Shown here: piece by piece, positions 40,501 through 48,694 of the stretch
Layout: every line of letters begins with the position of its first letter
Position numbering within the stretch: the first letter of the stretch is position 1
From: a virus
DNA length: 64,000 bases
IMG/VR virus record: IMGVR_UViG_3300010885_046411
Coordinates: 1 to 64,000 of that record
Direction: 5' to 3' (one strand)
The notes under the pieces: model-generated
Told to the model about the DNA's origin: nothing
The model's input: the letters and a program-made list of their open reading frames with translations, nothing else
The model's database searches: none
Translations under genes and position numbers: made by a program

Positions 40501-43199
40501 AGCAGACCCGCAAACTAGAAAATGCTAGAGATGCCTATGTGCGGGAGATGCAACGCCTTACCGACGACTACATGAGGGTTAATGCCCCCGAAGGCTATAC
40601 CCTTGTGGATGCAGGCAAGAACCCCGTCTATTCCCTAGAAAAGACCGACCCCTACGAGATAGACTCGCCCTTTGCGCAGATGGGGCTAGACCAGATAGCC
40701 GTGCCCGTAATTCGGGAGTTCACCATCAAAGATGGCGATGCAGTCTATCTACCCAATGAGGTGAAGGCTTTATTTGACCGCATGAATAGAGTTGCCTCCG
40801 AGAAGCCAAGTAAGGCGATGGAGCAATTTTACAAAGGCGTTAAATTCATTCGTAGGGCTTCGGCATGGAACTTACTCTTTAACCCTACCCGATTCTACAA
40901 CTTCCTATCTCAAAACATCATAGAGAACTCATCCCGTGCGATGGCTACAAACCTATGGGGTAACAATGTCTTTGCGATGGCTAGGGATGTGGGCAAGGAG
41001 GCCATTGCCTTTGCGAAGTTTATACGCACACATGAAGACCCTACGGGCAGGTATGCCAAGGCCCGTAAGGCGGGGGCTATAAATACAGACTTCGGGGCTA
41101 AGGTAATCGGCAATGCCCCATCTAATACCGAGGTTGAGATGCTAGATAGCAGCCGAGACCCGTATCTGGTATTCACATTTGGGGGCAAGGTATTTAACTT
41201 GCCACACGTAGAGCCGCTATCTATTAAGATACCCTTTAAGAAATCGCCTATCCAAATTTCGCAGGGGTCTAGGACAGATAAATACATTGGCAAGAACACC
41301 GTCTTATTGGGGGTTGCCAAATACCTATGGCAGAAAGCAGGCGCACCGTTGTATGGGGCTACTGTAGCCATAAACTCATCTGTAGAGAACGGCTACCGCA
41401 TGGCTACGATTGCCAAGTTAGAGGCTAAGGAGGGCGATATAAATAAGCCTCTTACGCAATACTATTCTTCTAATGCCAAGCAGATAAACTCCATCTTTGA
41501 TGAGACCGTTAAGCGGGTGAAAGCCAGCGACGAGTTTTATAAGACCCCAAAGGCAGGCGAAAAGCCGCCATACCCCGTAGATGCCAAGACAGGTAAATAC
41601 CTTACCGATGGCGGGCGGGCGTTGCTACGCCGTGCTAGGGAGCAACAGATAGGGGCTATTGCTGCCGACATATACGGCAACTACTTAGAGACCCCCTACT
41701 TCATAGACCAAGGCGAGAAAATGGGGTTATTGATGTTTTCCCGCTACCAAGCCGTGAACGTCAAGACTACCATAAATGCCTTCCGAAACAACTTTATCAT
41801 GCCTCGGCAACTGATGCCAGATGGAACCACCAATACCGCCTTCCCCGTAACGGCAGGTAAGTTGGCGGCTAAGTTTGGATGGCGCACTACGGGCAGGTTC
41901 TTGCATGTCTTTATGTGGTATCAGGCCGCACAGTTATTAACGGCTGCGATACGGTACTGGCAGACAAAGGATGATGATGAGATGAAGAAAGCGTATGAAA
42001 CGCTAGACAAAACCAACAAAAACCCGTTTGTAATTACCTCATTTGATAGGGCTACGCGCAAGGTAAAAAGCTACCAAGTACCCAATGCCGTTGGTGATTT
42101 AATGCGCTTGACACCCGTGTCCGACTTTATATACTCTAGGTATCAAGACTATCTCTACTTCCGAGGGGATAAAGGCGAAACTATTACCGATATGATGGAG
42201 GAGAGCATGAAAAATACGGCTGATGCATGGTATGGTATTGTATCGCCGACATTAAAGCAGATAAACTCTGTGCTTATAAATGCGATGGTGCAAGATAACC
42301 AAGATAGAAGTATGTCTCTGTTCCACTCTAAATATATGCCCCCTGCCAAGCAAGGCATAGAAGGGGTTGGCCGTGCGGCGGCATCTGTACTAGCGGCCAC
42401 ACAAGAGTACGATATGTTTGCGCGGCTTTTTAAAAAATCCTTTGATGCCAACTATGTGCCTAGCCCCTACGAGGAGGATAAGGCCAGAGAATCGCCGCTC
42501 GTTTCCTACACAACCCTAAACGCCGCAGACCTTGACAAAAAACAAATGCAGATGGCATACGCGGTAGCATCTGCCTCTATAGGCAAGTATGGCAAAGCAG
42601 GGGAGCGTACCGAGTACGACGACCTGAAAGAGAAGGAGAAAGAAATATCTAAGGCGTGTGCCTATGCCCTCATAAACGAAGATGTGGCTCTATTTTCTAG
42701 GACATACCCCCTCTTATTTGAGGCGGCGGGTACTGAAAAGAAAGCCGACAGAGCCATTCAATACGGCCTTAGCCTATATGACCCCTTCTCCATATACGAT
42801 TCTAAGGATAAGGAGCTAAAACATAAGCGGTATGCCATGATGTTTGGGGCCGCTATGGGCTTCACCTTGGGGCTACGTGATGCCATTGAGCCGTATAACC
42901 TAGACGAAGCCTATGCCGAGGAGGTAAAAATTATAGAGCATAATGCTGTATATGCCGTAGATGAGGCCGCAAAGAAGAAAAAACTAGATGCTAAGTATTC
43001 AGTAGCCTACGACCTCAAAGAGAAAGATAGGCGTATTTTGGCGCAGGGGTATCTTGGATATTTGAACCAGAAACGCCAGAACTACTACAGCCTCCTGAAA
43101 AACAACGAAGGGCAGAAGTTCTCGGACAAACTTGCCGATAGCGACGACCTTTACACTAGAGTGAGCAAATACTACAAGCAAACGCACCCCAACGAATAG
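31530..43199 (+). CDS. giant polyvalent/ejection protein (3889 aa)
   Basis: Two zincin-like motifs (AHEILGH...EEALA; AHEIGGH...EEKFA), an EAQSD module, a VTIYRSVP..GDWVSLS ART-like module and coiled coils. Confidence 0.8.
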   Translation: MNEPQVPNDGQPTAPSLQPVYEYLARDKGFKDIVPTYQDFVEAKDTEGMLLHISKVYDKDKTFATMLDKGVDAKTVAAERQRAEADNRIQQRESQVISRAKDIAQELSATVRPKKSGDVDYAGKATLGQLYDYFSGAGGDFQKNFPTEKDLHQITKTPEFRKTLKDAYTKDPNFKQLIDTGTYPDQRPSKRPQNEMQQMIFDVSQQQQDPNETKVSAGYNPIKIKAFGKQFEAPRMLSNLVASAAINLTRGVIGGISTFVGAAGQGMKAFRDMGNAATGQGEEGVEAGYLERKAQEVFEGGAKLANYGSEKGQQAFANSGVPLESGGVVTDPSAGAGTIAKSAAGYVAGQLTNSLPYIVPYLAGPAAGFATNVVQMSGDNTQNAYDKLKNKITQENGGIPATDEQVLESKQLNPIISVIAAVPEAAIERYFGEGFLVKNLTEAVAAKKLKQLVAEKGQAGLKEFAQKYLNKNFAKEFAVNLAKDVAGEEVQSGIEATQGSYQAGTPQTDAGGGADRKVYTETLAAAGALGVGLAAAPAIINSVKSKGPAPITEQTAASMAGAYTMPNAPKASPQKGAGVVDAINGILIDAEPSKSRSAAMKAVLEDAMEHDDVPITTQDLAGLSTTTEAGTDIVSRLRPDEEGNLTLVQDGEELRPLTKEESDEASTFATANLLIGVHAGSLTKAHARVLTDILDGAAIAQAKQSAVNDDGSPKNPLALAADNALTALKGIADKNVLDTESGKVKEGEVPQELQWQREALDNIGSMQAGDVFRAMDADMVFNGIDADGNVSITDNNGATLTLAPEQVAGLMTAQRATDADVAAQKEAVSAYGNIPASSPAYEPLRAMKDFTKSMRAAFPNLQVIADKGEMDAVINKKGIALKDGDTVYGFVHNGKVYLDPDKVTKDTPAHEILGHVHNKLMKEQMPDLYTKLTGLVGQTPLYQEVADDEFYKARIADGSMTADDIAEEALAQFIAKHYGNQQSPYVGTRWYEKLAEIIGKAWRKLFGKTKQLADLSPADIQTLTLESFGDLLNQEVKRGQSSIAQKGGKATNATDISLNLASGVVPQATNTQANENLPQTSNQEPANAGLRQSQTEASTQRAGVEQSPQNAYRREEAREALKQLSKDGVLVSSAKTGSTGKPMTEAEIDGQMALLDAMSNVWSKTTGKNNFYETFISDIKRGDIAYVKSLGGVLFQDESDPKRPTSTVSLAIFKEQQFEKMVGQNVSPQSIKDFIKGRGKQIERDIINEVLDYDKYQGQKRISFNEFKADVEIQVMKLEKIRTQSYATYGRENLGSSRDYGDAETVIFNSPINHGEKGHFSGDFDTSGLSDKEWEVRQIPGTDTYAAVDKAMPAGATQAEIQQYVGTAGTEADVKRWVERRNAALGTPINEGLFGHIRSWFNKATGVFHLAEAQSDYFQKNKASELLAASVPQDEVDEYMNREVWKPFHQKYAQEIKENTQIKSAFKDNAWEFYDKNGTIVNRKPLNRKPFIGYEEGEHEEANGLSIALSRLARTEVSVLERTRNTGMVFTVNVEPGNIERRQFEFKTREEAESFSLEYGRYISETKEYSDDLYDRYKKEKIALEIKEQEYINKRVEELKTQKPPLVLKQFVASQKVHELRLFREAIKHAAEEGATTLRFPSPYTIAVIEGYVSGGGNGAPYTIEQGDSDRLYAGDVIDYGGTRMTVVDSDRYSITVAPSDEVYNYDVYEYIYSEATKRIYQIEYEGKNHFADIENITAEDIASYEPDEWMGNVAKDLLQEAIDNAKDGETVAWRDIESELERMVRDSYSDESLEDLFFGYQAIYAYGNDYVYVVKGRGSVETLQQPDEYEAVSNADNYEENLSSEQKTVVSKYKEMGEAIVKMRPDASIVTDDNGFDWLETKITPADISNPVIAFQQEGAKIKGAVDFVSDNKATIHLFDGADVSTLAHEIGGHIGRRMLEKMAETSPKFAKDYETAKKWAGAKDGVWTTAAEEKFARGFEKYLLEGKAPNDALKNVFKMFAKWLTNIYQHIKGSSIDIELTPEIRQVFDNLLADQSSTTESAQPLTTPQKPKQEGPIFADLATFVKTLSEADAKEYARYEDIAYRLAAMQGREQGYKPYEVSKAERQEYAALEQKFDTMFANFAAEVYKEDEESAKEIDIAAKKLNGIIKNLKYPESIKEIIRKRFGLNSNGNYVSSIPFDTLVKYNEFSRTTKFIKDIFAELLREKYGEFSKQYSHELDKMYNQVNYYMQRLLDSEGDGSALVDEIPEVSKIANIEIHIQDLFNELDKSALNVASAEEKSEPKGKKESGIKEKNYQLQHRITKDETSSTLDDLTQGSSPSDIYTNIGQYANLSEKSYQESVKAVKAAKGNPDAIVTIYRSVPKGVSAINAGDWVSLSKTYATEHGYHETDQSQDMPVISMQVKAKDVVWDGNDLNEFAYFPNDIRFSATTETTAEESGESEKPSGPFKDSPAMSKAQDDKKEAETALAEAQKRGQKSLIDKAKEELAKAQLAYDTEFGKYVEAKTPELYINLTRLFEEATNRKRTKEQLERGEANKFFVKALFSKRPEISDMKKFGLLNKQLADLDALSEHAIQTRTNYVRDLVDGLTAPQIHHMVRYIILSDVVGAYDEKYRGADGLREKLLPLALSEAQAREQFATYKAWLDDSPIVKERVEWRRQYLKNLYNEAVKYGLATSFITDIKDENEQYYEWFHRSIMKYEDGEGGKAGRKYTESLNATLKHNAFRERAGSDADYDIRLGTIDGNVVAALTYAVERRKIAIEMMAPYVQKTMDVKEALENFKKTSSAFLNLTLLINHITAKIADINKIGSQNSAKQSLIRAKQVELVRDNPEHIALLKEMATLRKQSKAYQDALSQYDKALAQAPLVEKRKAVSEAKRKLTSLKKAGNKYQSEKPKSGIAVYSKEDGSRKAYTPQYVFAKIAYEEAENEYATALGNFGPANEAAVAKAKALSEIEGYQALMNKDKEVVDAIKASDEFTTLTKRAEDLKKQQTRKLENARDAYVREMQRLTDDYMRVNAPEGYTLVDAGKNPVYSLEKTDPYEIDSPFAQMGLDQIAVPVIREFTIKDGDAVYLPNEVKALFDRMNRVASEKPSKAMEQFYKGVKFIRRASAWNLLFNPTRFYNFLSQNIIENSSRAMATNLWGNNVFAMARDVGKEAIAFAKFIRTHEDPTGRYAKARKAGAINTDFGAKVIGNAPSNTEVEMLDSSRDPYLVFTFGGKVFNLPHVEPLSIKIPFKKSPIQISQGSRTDKYIGKNTVLLGVAKYLWQKAGAPLYGATVAINSSVENGYRMATIAKLEAKEGDINKPLTQYYSSNAKQINSIFDETVKRVKASDEFYKTPKAGEKPPYPVDAKTGKYLTDGGRALLRRAREQQIGAIAADIYGNYLETPYFIDQGEKMGLLMFSRYQAVNVKTTINAFRNNFIMPRQLMPDGTTNTAFPVTAGKLAAKFGWRTTGRFLHVFMWYQAAQLLTAAIRYWQTKDDDEMKKAYETLDKTNKNPFVITSFDRATRKVKSYQVPNAVGDLMRLTPVSDFIYSRYQDYLYFRGDKGETITDMMEESMKNTADAWYGIVSPTLKQINSVLINAMVQDNQDRSMSLFHSKYMPPAKQGIEGVGRAAASVLAATQEYDMFARLFKKSFDANYVPSPYEEDKARESPLVSYTTLNAADLDKKQMQMAYAVASASIGKYGKAGERTEYDDLKEKEKEISKACAYALINEDVALFSRTYPLLFEAAGTEKKADRAIQYGLSLYDPFSIYDSKDKELKHKRYAMMFGAAMGFTLGLRDAIEPYNLDEAYAEEVKIIEHNAVYAVDEAAKKKKLDAKYSVAYDLKEKDRRILAQGYLGYLNQKRQNYYSLLKNNEGQKFSDKLADSDDLYTRVSKYYKQTHPNE

Positions 43200-43200
43200 C

Positions 43201-46200
43201 ATGGCCAGCAGAAACCAGTCCACCCCCGAACAGGCATTTGAGATAAACTCGGACATCTTCGCCCGTAGCTTAACGCTGCGGGATGCCTCTGGCACACGCC
43301 AATTCTTTCAGTCGGAAGGGCAAGGGGGCATACTCACTGCCCACTTTGGCACTAAGGAAGTTATCCTTACAGGGGATGTGCCCCAGCCTAATGAGACCTT
43401 TGTGTTTGGGGTATATGGTGTGCTATCTGATGGTACAGAGATATACACAATGGCTATCAAGGGTAACGTGCCCCGCCTAGTTACTATCTCTGACGCGGGG
43501 GTATGCAAAACGGTCATGCAAGAGACTTTCTTGCCTTGGCAAGATACCTCCCAAGAGTTCTGGCAGGTGCGGTGGCATAGTGGCTACTTTATAGCCACGC
43601 ATCCCGACAGTGAAGCTATACGCATAAACGTAGAATACTGGCTCAACAACCCCCGCCGACCACAAGAGTTTGCAGACATAACGCTTGCTAAATTTGGGCC
43701 TGCCTACCCGCCCATAATCACTTACCCACAAGACTTTTCATATAATGCCAACCAGAAACTACCTAAGATACCAAGGTACGGGGTGTACTTTGCTTGGCAG
43801 TATGAGTATGAGACGGGCGAGGTGTCCTCTAGGGGGGCACAGTCAGACCCTATATTTTTGGGCTTTCATGGGTTTGTGTGTCAGGCTGATATAGACAGCC
43901 GCGACAAGGCTCGTATATTCAACTCAGGGGCTATGACGCGCCGAGATGTTGTAGCAGTAAGGCTTCTGTACAAGCAGGGCATAGCGGGTGTTTGGCGCAT
44001 TGCGTATAGGGTAACCATAGATGATGCGGCTACGGCGTTGCCATCGTTTGTTCGGGATATTGAATACGATGCCTTGTTTGGCATATCCCCTACCGATGAT
44101 ACAATAGACCCTTCTGGCAACGTGCCTATACAGCCAGCCGCTTTAGAGATGGTTAAAAACTCTATGGTGGCACTGAACTATATTGCAGACTACCCCCTGC
44201 CTAATGTAACGGGGAAGGTAGAACGATTGGCCGACCCAGAGGGTAATGGGCCAGGGATTGTAGATGCAACGGATGTTATTAACCTTTATGAGAATAATGC
44301 GTATATACCTACCTCCATTAATAATGAGTATAACACTTTTACAACAAAGGTGCATAGGCCAGGGGCCACATATAAATGCGGCGTAATTTTATCTGATGAG
44401 TTTGGGCGCAGGACGACTACGCTTGCAGATACAACCTTTATCCCGCCAGAATACACCATACAAAACAGTTTTGTAGAGCCTTATGTACAAAACGCTGCAC
44501 CCTATATAACCAAGGGTGGTTTTGTAGATTATGTAGATGGCAGTTGGAGAAACATACCTGCGGAGCAAGGGCTATACCCAAACCCTTATAAATTTTCGGG
44601 GTATGATTCTAGCCAGTGTTTTATTACACAAGCGACGTTCCCAAAGTTTAAGGGCACATTTGTATTTGACAAAATACCTTCATGGGCAAAACAAGTTAGG
44701 CTTGTTCAGACACAAGCACTAGGGCGCAATAGGTTTATACAGACACCTGCCACCATGCTGTTTCGCTATAAAACAGGCGATGGCACGGAGTTTATGTCTG
44801 TTGGCTTTGCGCGGGGTGGGGTTAATACCTTTATTGGCCTAACCTTTGTTATACCTATTGAGGCGGGCTATCAGGCTAGTGTTGGGCAAAAATTATATTT
44901 GCGTGCAGCCTCTCAGGCTACGCAAGACTCAACAGAAACATTACGGGCTGCATTATGTGAAAAGATATTTAATGATGCCCCATCTTATGACGTTACCTCT
45001 GTAACGGGCACGCAAGTAACGTGCGCCCTTACCGATGCCGAGGCTGCTTACTTGGGGGGGTGCGGCATTAGAACAAAAATAGAGCCTGCCGATTATGGAA
45101 ACTTCCAGTGGATACGGGTGCTTGTAGAAATTGAAGATGCCGTAACAAATACCACTACATCTAACGTAGATGCCTCAAATGTATATTACGAAACGGGGGA
45201 TGTGTTGGATGTGGTAGATGGGCAACTGTCTTACACCTTTGATTTGAAGGGTGATTATTATGCTTACGGCACACCTTTTGCTTGGACGGGCGGCGGAAGC
45301 ACGGCTAATTCTGATAGAAATAAGGGCACAATATCTGCGGCGGCACAAGTCGTTCAACTAGATTCAGACCCTACGGATGCTGGCACATCTTCATCATCGG
45401 TAACGATAGGGAAATATGATTGCTTTGGACTATTGTTATCTGAATCGCCCTTATCCAATACGCCTACTACGCATGACTTACTTGCAGGGTTTGTGTCCAC
45501 AGTGTTTGATAAGCAGATTAAGACAGCACGCGCCTATCAAAGGTTTATCGCCTCTGGCACGTATATCTATGGCACGCAAACAAACTATATGAACTACTTT
45601 GACGTAAGCACTACGTCAGAAGTACCGTTAGAGCATGAGGGTATTACGTGCGCCTATGTAGCTGAAACGGGCAGCGAACTTCAAAGCAGGTTGCTTATTG
45701 TCAGCAGTCGCGGGGTATGCTCCGTGTATCTTGGCCCTATATCTGTCAAGAATGGGCAGAATGGGATAGAGGTAAATGGCAGCAGTTTCTTTTCCCAAAT
45801 TAACCCCTTGGCGGGGCGGGGCGGCTGCCAGTTGCCGCACCTATCATGCACCGATAAAGAGGGCCATGTATGGTTCTTTGATAACATTGTTAAAGAGTTA
45901 TGGCAGGCTGATACCTCTGGCTTAAACCCGATAGGGCTTAGTCGCGGGTGTCGCAACTACCTAAACGCTAAGTTCCCCGATGGAGCCGATGGTGTTATGG
46001 TATTCTCCCCCCACTTTCGGGAGGTGTGGCTATTCTCTACTAGGGGGGCATTGCTTCTGTCTCGGCGGGATGAGCCACGCTTCTGCTCTTTTACAGTGCC
46101 CGACTACAGCAATGGAGGCGAGAGTTTTAAAGGTGTCGCGGCTTTTAATGCACCGTTTACGGGCTTTGTGGCGCAAGGCAATCGGCTGTTTAAGATAGAC

Positions 46201-46536
46201 CAGACGGGCGATGAAACGTTGCTAGGGCAGCCGTATGTTAAGTCGTGTGAGTATGAGGGCCGCACCCCGTTCCTAGATACCAAGATGGCTATGCCCATAA
46301 AAGCATCTGCGGTAGGATGGGACTTTACGGCGGCAACATTGCTAGATACCCCTCTTGGGGATGTGGCTGCCAATGTCTCTACCGACAAGCAAACGGGCAA
46401 ATCCTCTGTTATCCTTAAAACACTAGATGGCAAAGATGCTAGAGACTACTACGGCCTACGTGTTAGGCTGGAGAGCAAAAAGGCAGGTAGCCGTCTGTTT
46501 TCTATTATCTTACATCAGGTAGTTAATCAATCCTAA
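43201..46536 (+). CDS. tail muzzle/stabilization protein (P22 gp10-like)
   Basis: 1111 aa, beta-rich; FAWQYEYETGEVS and TYKCGVILSDEFGR motifs of crAss-like muzzle proteins. Confidence 0.75.
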   Translation: MASRNQSTPEQAFEINSDIFARSLTLRDASGTRQFFQSEGQGGILTAHFGTKEVILTGDVPQPNETFVFGVYGVLSDGTEIYTMAIKGNVPRLVTISDAGVCKTVMQETFLPWQDTSQEFWQVRWHSGYFIATHPDSEAIRINVEYWLNNPRRPQEFADITLAKFGPAYPPIITYPQDFSYNANQKLPKIPRYGVYFAWQYEYETGEVSSRGAQSDPIFLGFHGFVCQADIDSRDKARIFNSGAMTRRDVVAVRLLYKQGIAGVWRIAYRVTIDDAATALPSFVRDIEYDALFGISPTDDTIDPSGNVPIQPAALEMVKNSMVALNYIADYPLPNVTGKVERLADPEGNGPGIVDATDVINLYENNAYIPTSINNEYNTFTTKVHRPGATYKCGVILSDEFGRRTTTLADTTFIPPEYTIQNSFVEPYVQNAAPYITKGGFVDYVDGSWRNIPAEQGLYPNPYKFSGYDSSQCFITQATFPKFKGTFVFDKIPSWAKQVRLVQTQALGRNRFIQTPATMLFRYKTGDGTEFMSVGFARGGVNTFIGLTFVIPIEAGYQASVGQKLYLRAASQATQDSTETLRAALCEKIFNDAPSYDVTSVTGTQVTCALTDAEAAYLGGCGIRTKIEPADYGNFQWIRVLVEIEDAVTNTTTSNVDASNVYYETGDVLDVVDGQLSYTFDLKGDYYAYGTPFAWTGGGSTANSDRNKGTISAAAQVVQLDSDPTDAGTSSSSVTIGKYDCFGLLLSESPLSNTPTTHDLLAGFVSTVFDKQIKTARAYQRFIASGTYIYGTQTNYMNYFDVSTTSEVPLEHEGITCAYVAETGSELQSRLLIVSSRGVCSVYLGPISVKNGQNGIEVNGSSFFSQINPLAGRGGCQLPHLSCTDKEGHVWFFDNIVKELWQADTSGLNPIGLSRGCRNYLNAKFPDGADGVMVFSPHFREVWLFSTRGALLLSRRDEPRFCSFTVPDYSNGGESFKGVAAFNAPFTGFVAQGNRLFKIDQTGDETLLGQPYVKSCEYEGRTPFLDTKMAMPIKASAVGWDFTAATLLDTPLGDVAANVSTDKQTGKSSVILKTLDGKDARDYYGLRVRLESKKAGSRLFSIILHQVVNQS

Positions 46537-46540
46537 AGCA

Positions 46541-47281
46541 ATGAACCCTCCTTCAAGAAGCGGCCAAGGTTACCCAAGCGATTTTGGGCGATGGGCCGAT
46601 GATAATTTTGCTAATTATGGCAGAAATATGATTGGGCCACGAGTAGATGAGGTGGATGGGCAGCCCTATGACATGGGCTACGCTGTTGCTCCTGCGCAAA
46701 AAACTGCGGCTCCTGCTGCCGCGCCAGCAGCCGCATCTGGTGGCGGTGGCGGTGGTGGCCCTATGGGGGCTATAGTCGGCCTTGGGCAGGTCGCGTTTGG
46801 CATACACCAATTACACCTAGCCAACAAGATACGCAGGCGTGGGCCGCAAGACCTGACTCCGCAAGCCGTGAGGGATGTGTATGCCGAGCGTGCCGCAGCG
46901 CAAGTAAGCAATAAGGCACCTGGCCAAGCCGAAGCGGAGAATAGGCTTGCAAGCACATTGGGCCGCAGCGTGGGAGCATTGGCGCGTGGGGCTACCTCTG
47001 GCGCACAGTTGCTATCTATGGCAAATAATCAGGCAAACAATGCCTACAACCAACAAGCCAATATAAATACTGCCGCATCGCAATTCCGTCAGAATATGAC
47101 GCAGCAGAAACAACTTGCCCAAGCGCAACTAGGCCAATACCAAGACCTATCACGTAGGACATGGGCAAACGAAGTTGGGGCTTTACGTGGCGGCGGCTGG
47201 AAAAACATCTTCGGCGGCGCAACTACTACGGCGGCCTCTGCGGATGGTGCCATAAAAGATGTGGCAAAGTTGATAATGTAA
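46541..47281 (+). CDS. putative ejection/pilot protein
   Basis: Gly/Ala/Gln-rich with a hydrophobic Gly-rich segment; follows the muzzle gene. Confidence 0.6.
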   Translation: MNPPSRSGQGYPSDFGRWADDNFANYGRNMIGPRVDEVDGQPYDMGYAVAPAQKTAAPAAAPAAASGGGGGGGPMGAIVGLGQVAFGIHQLHLANKIRRRGPQDLTPQAVRDVYAERAAAQVSNKAPGQAEAENRLASTLGRSVGALARGATSGAQLLSMANNQANNAYNQQANINTAASQFRQNMTQQKQLAQAQLGQYQDLSRRTWANEVGALRGGGWKNIFGGATTTAASADGAIKDVAKLIM

Positions 47282-47309
47282 AACCATTGCAAGGTGTACC
47301 TTTGCAGGG

Positions 47310-48134
47310 ATGAGTGTAACGTACATACATAGCGGCGACATGGGCGATATTATATACGCCCTCGCCGCCATAAAAGAAAAGCATCTTAATCAAAGTGGCA
47401 AGCCCGTCTTGGTGCTTAATTATTTGAACGCTTATAAGATAGAGCCGAAGCCCCGCTTTTCAGAGAATGAGTTTAATGTGCTTGTGCCCCTGCTACACTA
47501 TGCCGCAAGCGATTACTGCAAGATAAGTTTTGAGCCGTTTGACCCGCAGAAGAAGTATTACAAGCCCACTATTTTAGATAGGTTTCGCATAGGCAACGAC
47601 CTTTCCAACGTATCTATTTTAGAGAACCATAGAAAGATTATGGGGCTAACGGGGGAGCCAACCGTGCAAACATGGCTACGGGGGCGGGATGAAAAGAAAA
47701 CGGCGTTTGGATTTGGGCAGACAGCGCGGTATGGTAATGATGGGGTGCGTATAGGTATGGTAGATACAGCCCTAGCCATAGCAAAAGAGAAGGGCTATGC
47801 GTGTCTATTCTTTGGTACAGAACGTGAATATCGGCTTGCCTATCGCAAGCAAGATATGGAGTTTGTCTATACCAAAGACCTGATGGAAGCGGCACGGGAA
47901 CTAGGCCATGTGGAGGCGTTCTTTGGGAATCAGTCGGTACTAGCGGCGATGTGCATGGGGCTAGGGATAAAAACGTTTTTAGAGGTGTGCCTACGGTGCC
48001 CAAACTGTTCTCTTACACACTTGCCACACTTAACCCCGCTAACCAAGATGGCAGATTGTGAGGTGATGATACAAAATAAATTATTAAATGTTCAGAATAC
48101 CTTACATGATATTTGTGAGACCAACTTGGTTTAG
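47310..48134 (+). CDS. GT9/heptosyltransferase-like glycosyltransferase
   Basis: HSGDMGDIIYAL...DL.EAA..L....FFGNQS...A...LG. Confidence 0.7.
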   Translation: MSVTYIHSGDMGDIIYALAAIKEKHLNQSGKPVLVLNYLNAYKIEPKPRFSENEFNVLVPLLHYAASDYCKISFEPFDPQKKYYKPTILDRFRIGNDLSNVSILENHRKIMGLTGEPTVQTWLRGRDEKKTAFGFGQTARYGNDGVRIGMVDTALAIAKEKGYACLFFGTEREYRLAYRKQDMEFVYTKDLMEAARELGHVEAFFGNQSVLAAMCMGLGIKTFLEVCLRCPNCSLTHLPHLTPLTKMADCEVMIQNKLLNVQNTLHDICETNLV

Positions 48135-48165
48135 TTCATCTTTGTAGCAACCAATTCAAACAACC

Positions 48166-48693
48166 GTGAACTTATACGAAATCACCCAAGAGTACAGCCA
48201 GATAGCCGAAACCTTAGAGGCGGCAGAAGGCGAGATAACCCCCGAAATTGCTGCCCTTTTAGAGATAAACGAGGCCAACAAGGAGAAGAAAATATCTGCC
48301 TACATCCACATTTGGTCAGACGTGCAGATGAAGTTAGAGGCTATTGACAAAGAGAACAAGCGTCTAGCCGACATCAAGAAACGCCTCAACAAGCAGGCCG
48401 AGCAACTAGAGACGGGCTTGCTACTTGCCACACAAACCTTTGGTGCGCCCAATAAGTCTGGCAACAAAGTGTATGACTTCACTACGACAAATGGCGTACC
48501 CGTGAAGTTTATGGAGCGCAGGTCGGAGAGTGTGGTTATCACTACCGAGGACTTGGGTACGCTGCCAGAGCAGTACGTGAAAACAAAGACCGAGCAGTCC
48601 GTAGATAAGGCTGCCATCAAAGAAGCCATCAAATCAGGCGAGACCATTGACGGAGCCTACATAGCCACCAACATTTCCCTTTCTATCAAGTAG
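48166..48693 (+). CDS. siphovirus Gp157-family protein
   Basis: MNLYEIT...VDKAAIKEAIKSGE.IDGA. Confidence 0.88.
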   Translation: MNLYEITQEYSQIAETLEAAEGEITPEIAALLEINEANKEKKISAYIHIWSDVQMKLEAIDKENKRLADIKKRLNKQAEQLETGLLLATQTFGAPNKSGNKVYDFTTTNGVPVKFMERRSESVVITTEDLGTLPEQYVKTKTEQSVDKAAIKEAIKSGETIDGAYIATNISLSIK

Positions 48694-48694
48694 T

